Shown one piece after another: positions 61,843 through 64,000 of a DNA stretch of 64,000 nucleotides. Source of the stretch: Mobula birostris. Lineage: Eukaryota. The DNA is taken from assembly GCF_030028105.1 (NCBI RefSeq), contig NC_092375.1, positions 14,721,537 to 14,785,536 on the forward strand, read 5' to 3'. The notes below the pieces were generated by a model. That model was not told the origin of the DNA. It worked only from the letters and a program-made list of their open reading frames with translations, and ran no database searches. The position numbers and the translations under genes were made by a program. Each line of letters starts with the position of its first letter. The first letter of the stretch is position 1.

Positions 61843-62595
61843 TTCTTTTTTTTAAATACTTTATTTTCAAAATTTTCAAAAAGAAAATGAAATCAACAAG
61901 AACATTCCAGCTCAGAGATGTGTAAAAATGAAATAAGCAAAAAAAAAGGGACATAACATTAGAGGGATGGCTATTGTACAAAGTGCTCAAAAATGCCTGG
62001 CCTGCTGCGTTCACCAGCAACTTTTATGTGTGTTCCAAGGGGAAGGATCTTTTATAGGCCTTTGAATACCATTCGAATATTTTGGACCAAAATCCAGTCA
62101 GTAATGGGCAAAACCAAGAAGTGTGTGACAACGTGGCCTCCGTCCCTTGGCATCTATCACATATTGGCGAAACAGAAGGGTAAATCCTGTGCAATCTAAG
62201 TTTAGAGTAATGGAGACAGTGGACAACTTTAAACTTGGATCAGTTGGTGCCCGCTGTTAACAGAGCAAGCCTGTATCAAAGACAAACACTTGTCCCAGGC
62301 AGCTTCAGATAATTCAATGCCCAACTCCTCTCTCCAGGCGTCTCTAATCCTCACAGAAGACGCTACAGTGCAATCATCAAACAAATGTACAAACTTAGAA
62401 ACGCGATGCCTGGAGTCAGGAGGGTTCTTTAAAATATCAAAAAATATATGTTTCCCTGGAAGGATTTCAAAATTACAAGCCTTAGATTGAATGTAGTGTC
62501 TAATTTGTAAATAACGAAAAAAGTGCGAAAGAGGCAGCTCAAATTTCTCTTTCAGCAGACTAGATGTTGCAAACCGCCCCTCTATCTTCTCTTTC
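61843..62595 (-). mobile_element. L1-clade LINE ORF2 3' fragment
   Basis: LKEKFELP.SHFFRYLQIRH, AW.EELG, then SP.CDRC....TLSH..WFCP cysteine motif; A-rich tail (T-run at 61841-61853). Confidence 0.88.
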
Positions 62596-64000
62596 ATTTC
62601 CTAATAATATTCTGCTTGCTTTCCCCATAATTCTCTATATTGTCTGCTAGCTTTTGTGAATCAGCCATTGAAACAAATTGGGTATTGCGATCAACAGTAA
62701 GTAATGTAGACTGCATATGTGATGGGACATTGTGGGATCCTTGGCTAAATATGCAAGACACAATGAGGTTAATATGGGGTAGATAATTCAACGTGCTCAG
62801 ATATCAGAAATGTGCATTAACACCTTGTGCCTTGAGCTCTGTGGGCCTCTGCAGTGTGCCACAGAGCACTGGGTTTCCAGGTTTCTCTATTTACTAATTG
62901 TTGTCTTAGCTACAGTCATTAAGCTCTTGTGCTTTCTGTTTCATCTTGTCAAGGTAATTGGTACTGGCAGGGGTTTTCTGCATTCTGTGATTACCTAAAG
63001 TGGACTCCCAATTAGCACTGATCGTGAGGTCCTTATGTTTACAGTGATTTGTTTGGCAGAGTCACTCCGTCATGCCACCGAGACACTGTCAGTGTACCCA
63101 TGTCAAACCTTTTGTTTCCGTCTCTGCATGGGAGTCTGCCGTTCCTCCACTCCAGGGTTCAGTCGTTGCCAGTCTGCACTGTGACAGAATCTGCCATTCC
63201 TCTGTACTGGGTTCAGCCATTACCAGTGCATGCTGTGACGCCTTGAGGAAAGCTTTGTAACCCTGAGGTGCAGGATCAAGGGATGAGTAGCTGAACATTC
63301 TGTAAAATGGAAATGGAATGCTCTAGCTGGCTACAAGCAGCCATGGCTAGTACTTGACACATGTGAACAGACCCCAGTACCAGGGAGACAGTGAGAATGG
63401 AGGCATCCGGGGTGGTGACTTCAGCGAAATAACATGAGAGAAAAAAAGGATGCTTGAGGTAACCAAAATCAAAAATTACACTAAATGTTGGTAACAGAAA
63501 TGGAAGATTCTGGAAACATATAATGACACGGCTTCATCAAAACAGGGAAAGTTAAGATCTCCACTGGAAACAATAAATCTGTTTCTCGTTCTGTGGATGT
63601 TGTCGGGCCATTTGAGATTTTCCAGCATTTTCCGTTTGCTAGCTTGACTACACATGGCATGGTCACACACGTCAATCAGTCACACCGTGCCAAAATCACA
63701 TTTATCCCTCTTTCCCAATTGGAATGAGGGATTTCAAACCAGAAACATTAACACTGCTCCTCTTTCATCGGGCCTGCTGAGAGCTTCCAGCTATTTCTCC
63801 TGTAATTTATGTATAAAATGGCCCATATTCTGAGTTTCAGAGAGGTTCTCATTTGCACTCCCTTATGATTGGTTGATTGCCACCATAAAGGCTCGCTGTA
63901 GTCTCCACATGGCATTTATCCACGACATTTACCATAGCAACCAACATAGAGAGTAGAGTGTAGACACAAGAGACTGCAGATGCTAGGACTTGGAGCATAA

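Noticed and set aside
1-64000. Short ORFs of the six-frame track as genes; any prokaryotic operon, CRISPR array or rRNA
   Set aside because: The ORFs are TE fragments, antisense shadows or chance frames; no regularly spaced repeat-spacer array or rRNA-like sequence was seen.

Overview
Repeat-dense eukaryotic (vertebrate) genomic DNA. The repeat mix (abundant CR1 LINEs, HE1/V-SINE-like SINEs, Rex1/Babar, Penelope-type termini) points to a cartilaginous fish, probably a ray or skate (inference). Most of the window is decayed transposable elements, and nearly all ORFs in the supplied track are TE fragments or their antisense shadows. Main structures: (1) a full-length RTE LINE (53386-61624) whose 5' end folds into an HDV-like ribozyme with an atypical hairpin inside L3, split by a young, almost intact full-length CR1 (55919-60121, 5-bp TSD); (2) a Sushi/Tf1-like Ty3/Gypsy gag-pro element (38600-~40790) with an apparent self-priming PBS and a 67-bp near-perfect fold-back; (3) more than ten Penelope-like terminal repeats of two families carrying minimal hammerhead ribozyme motifs, often as inverted pairs; (4) nested hAT and Tc1 MITEs; (5) two phase-compatible exons on the minus strand (14586-14473 and 12243-12126) that look like the 3' end of an unidentified host gene, so much of the window may be intronic; (6) a circularly permuted SINE piece inserted in a CR1, suggestive of integration of an 83-bp DNA circle. 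All calls were made by eye without database searches or folding software; boundaries of old repeats are approximate.
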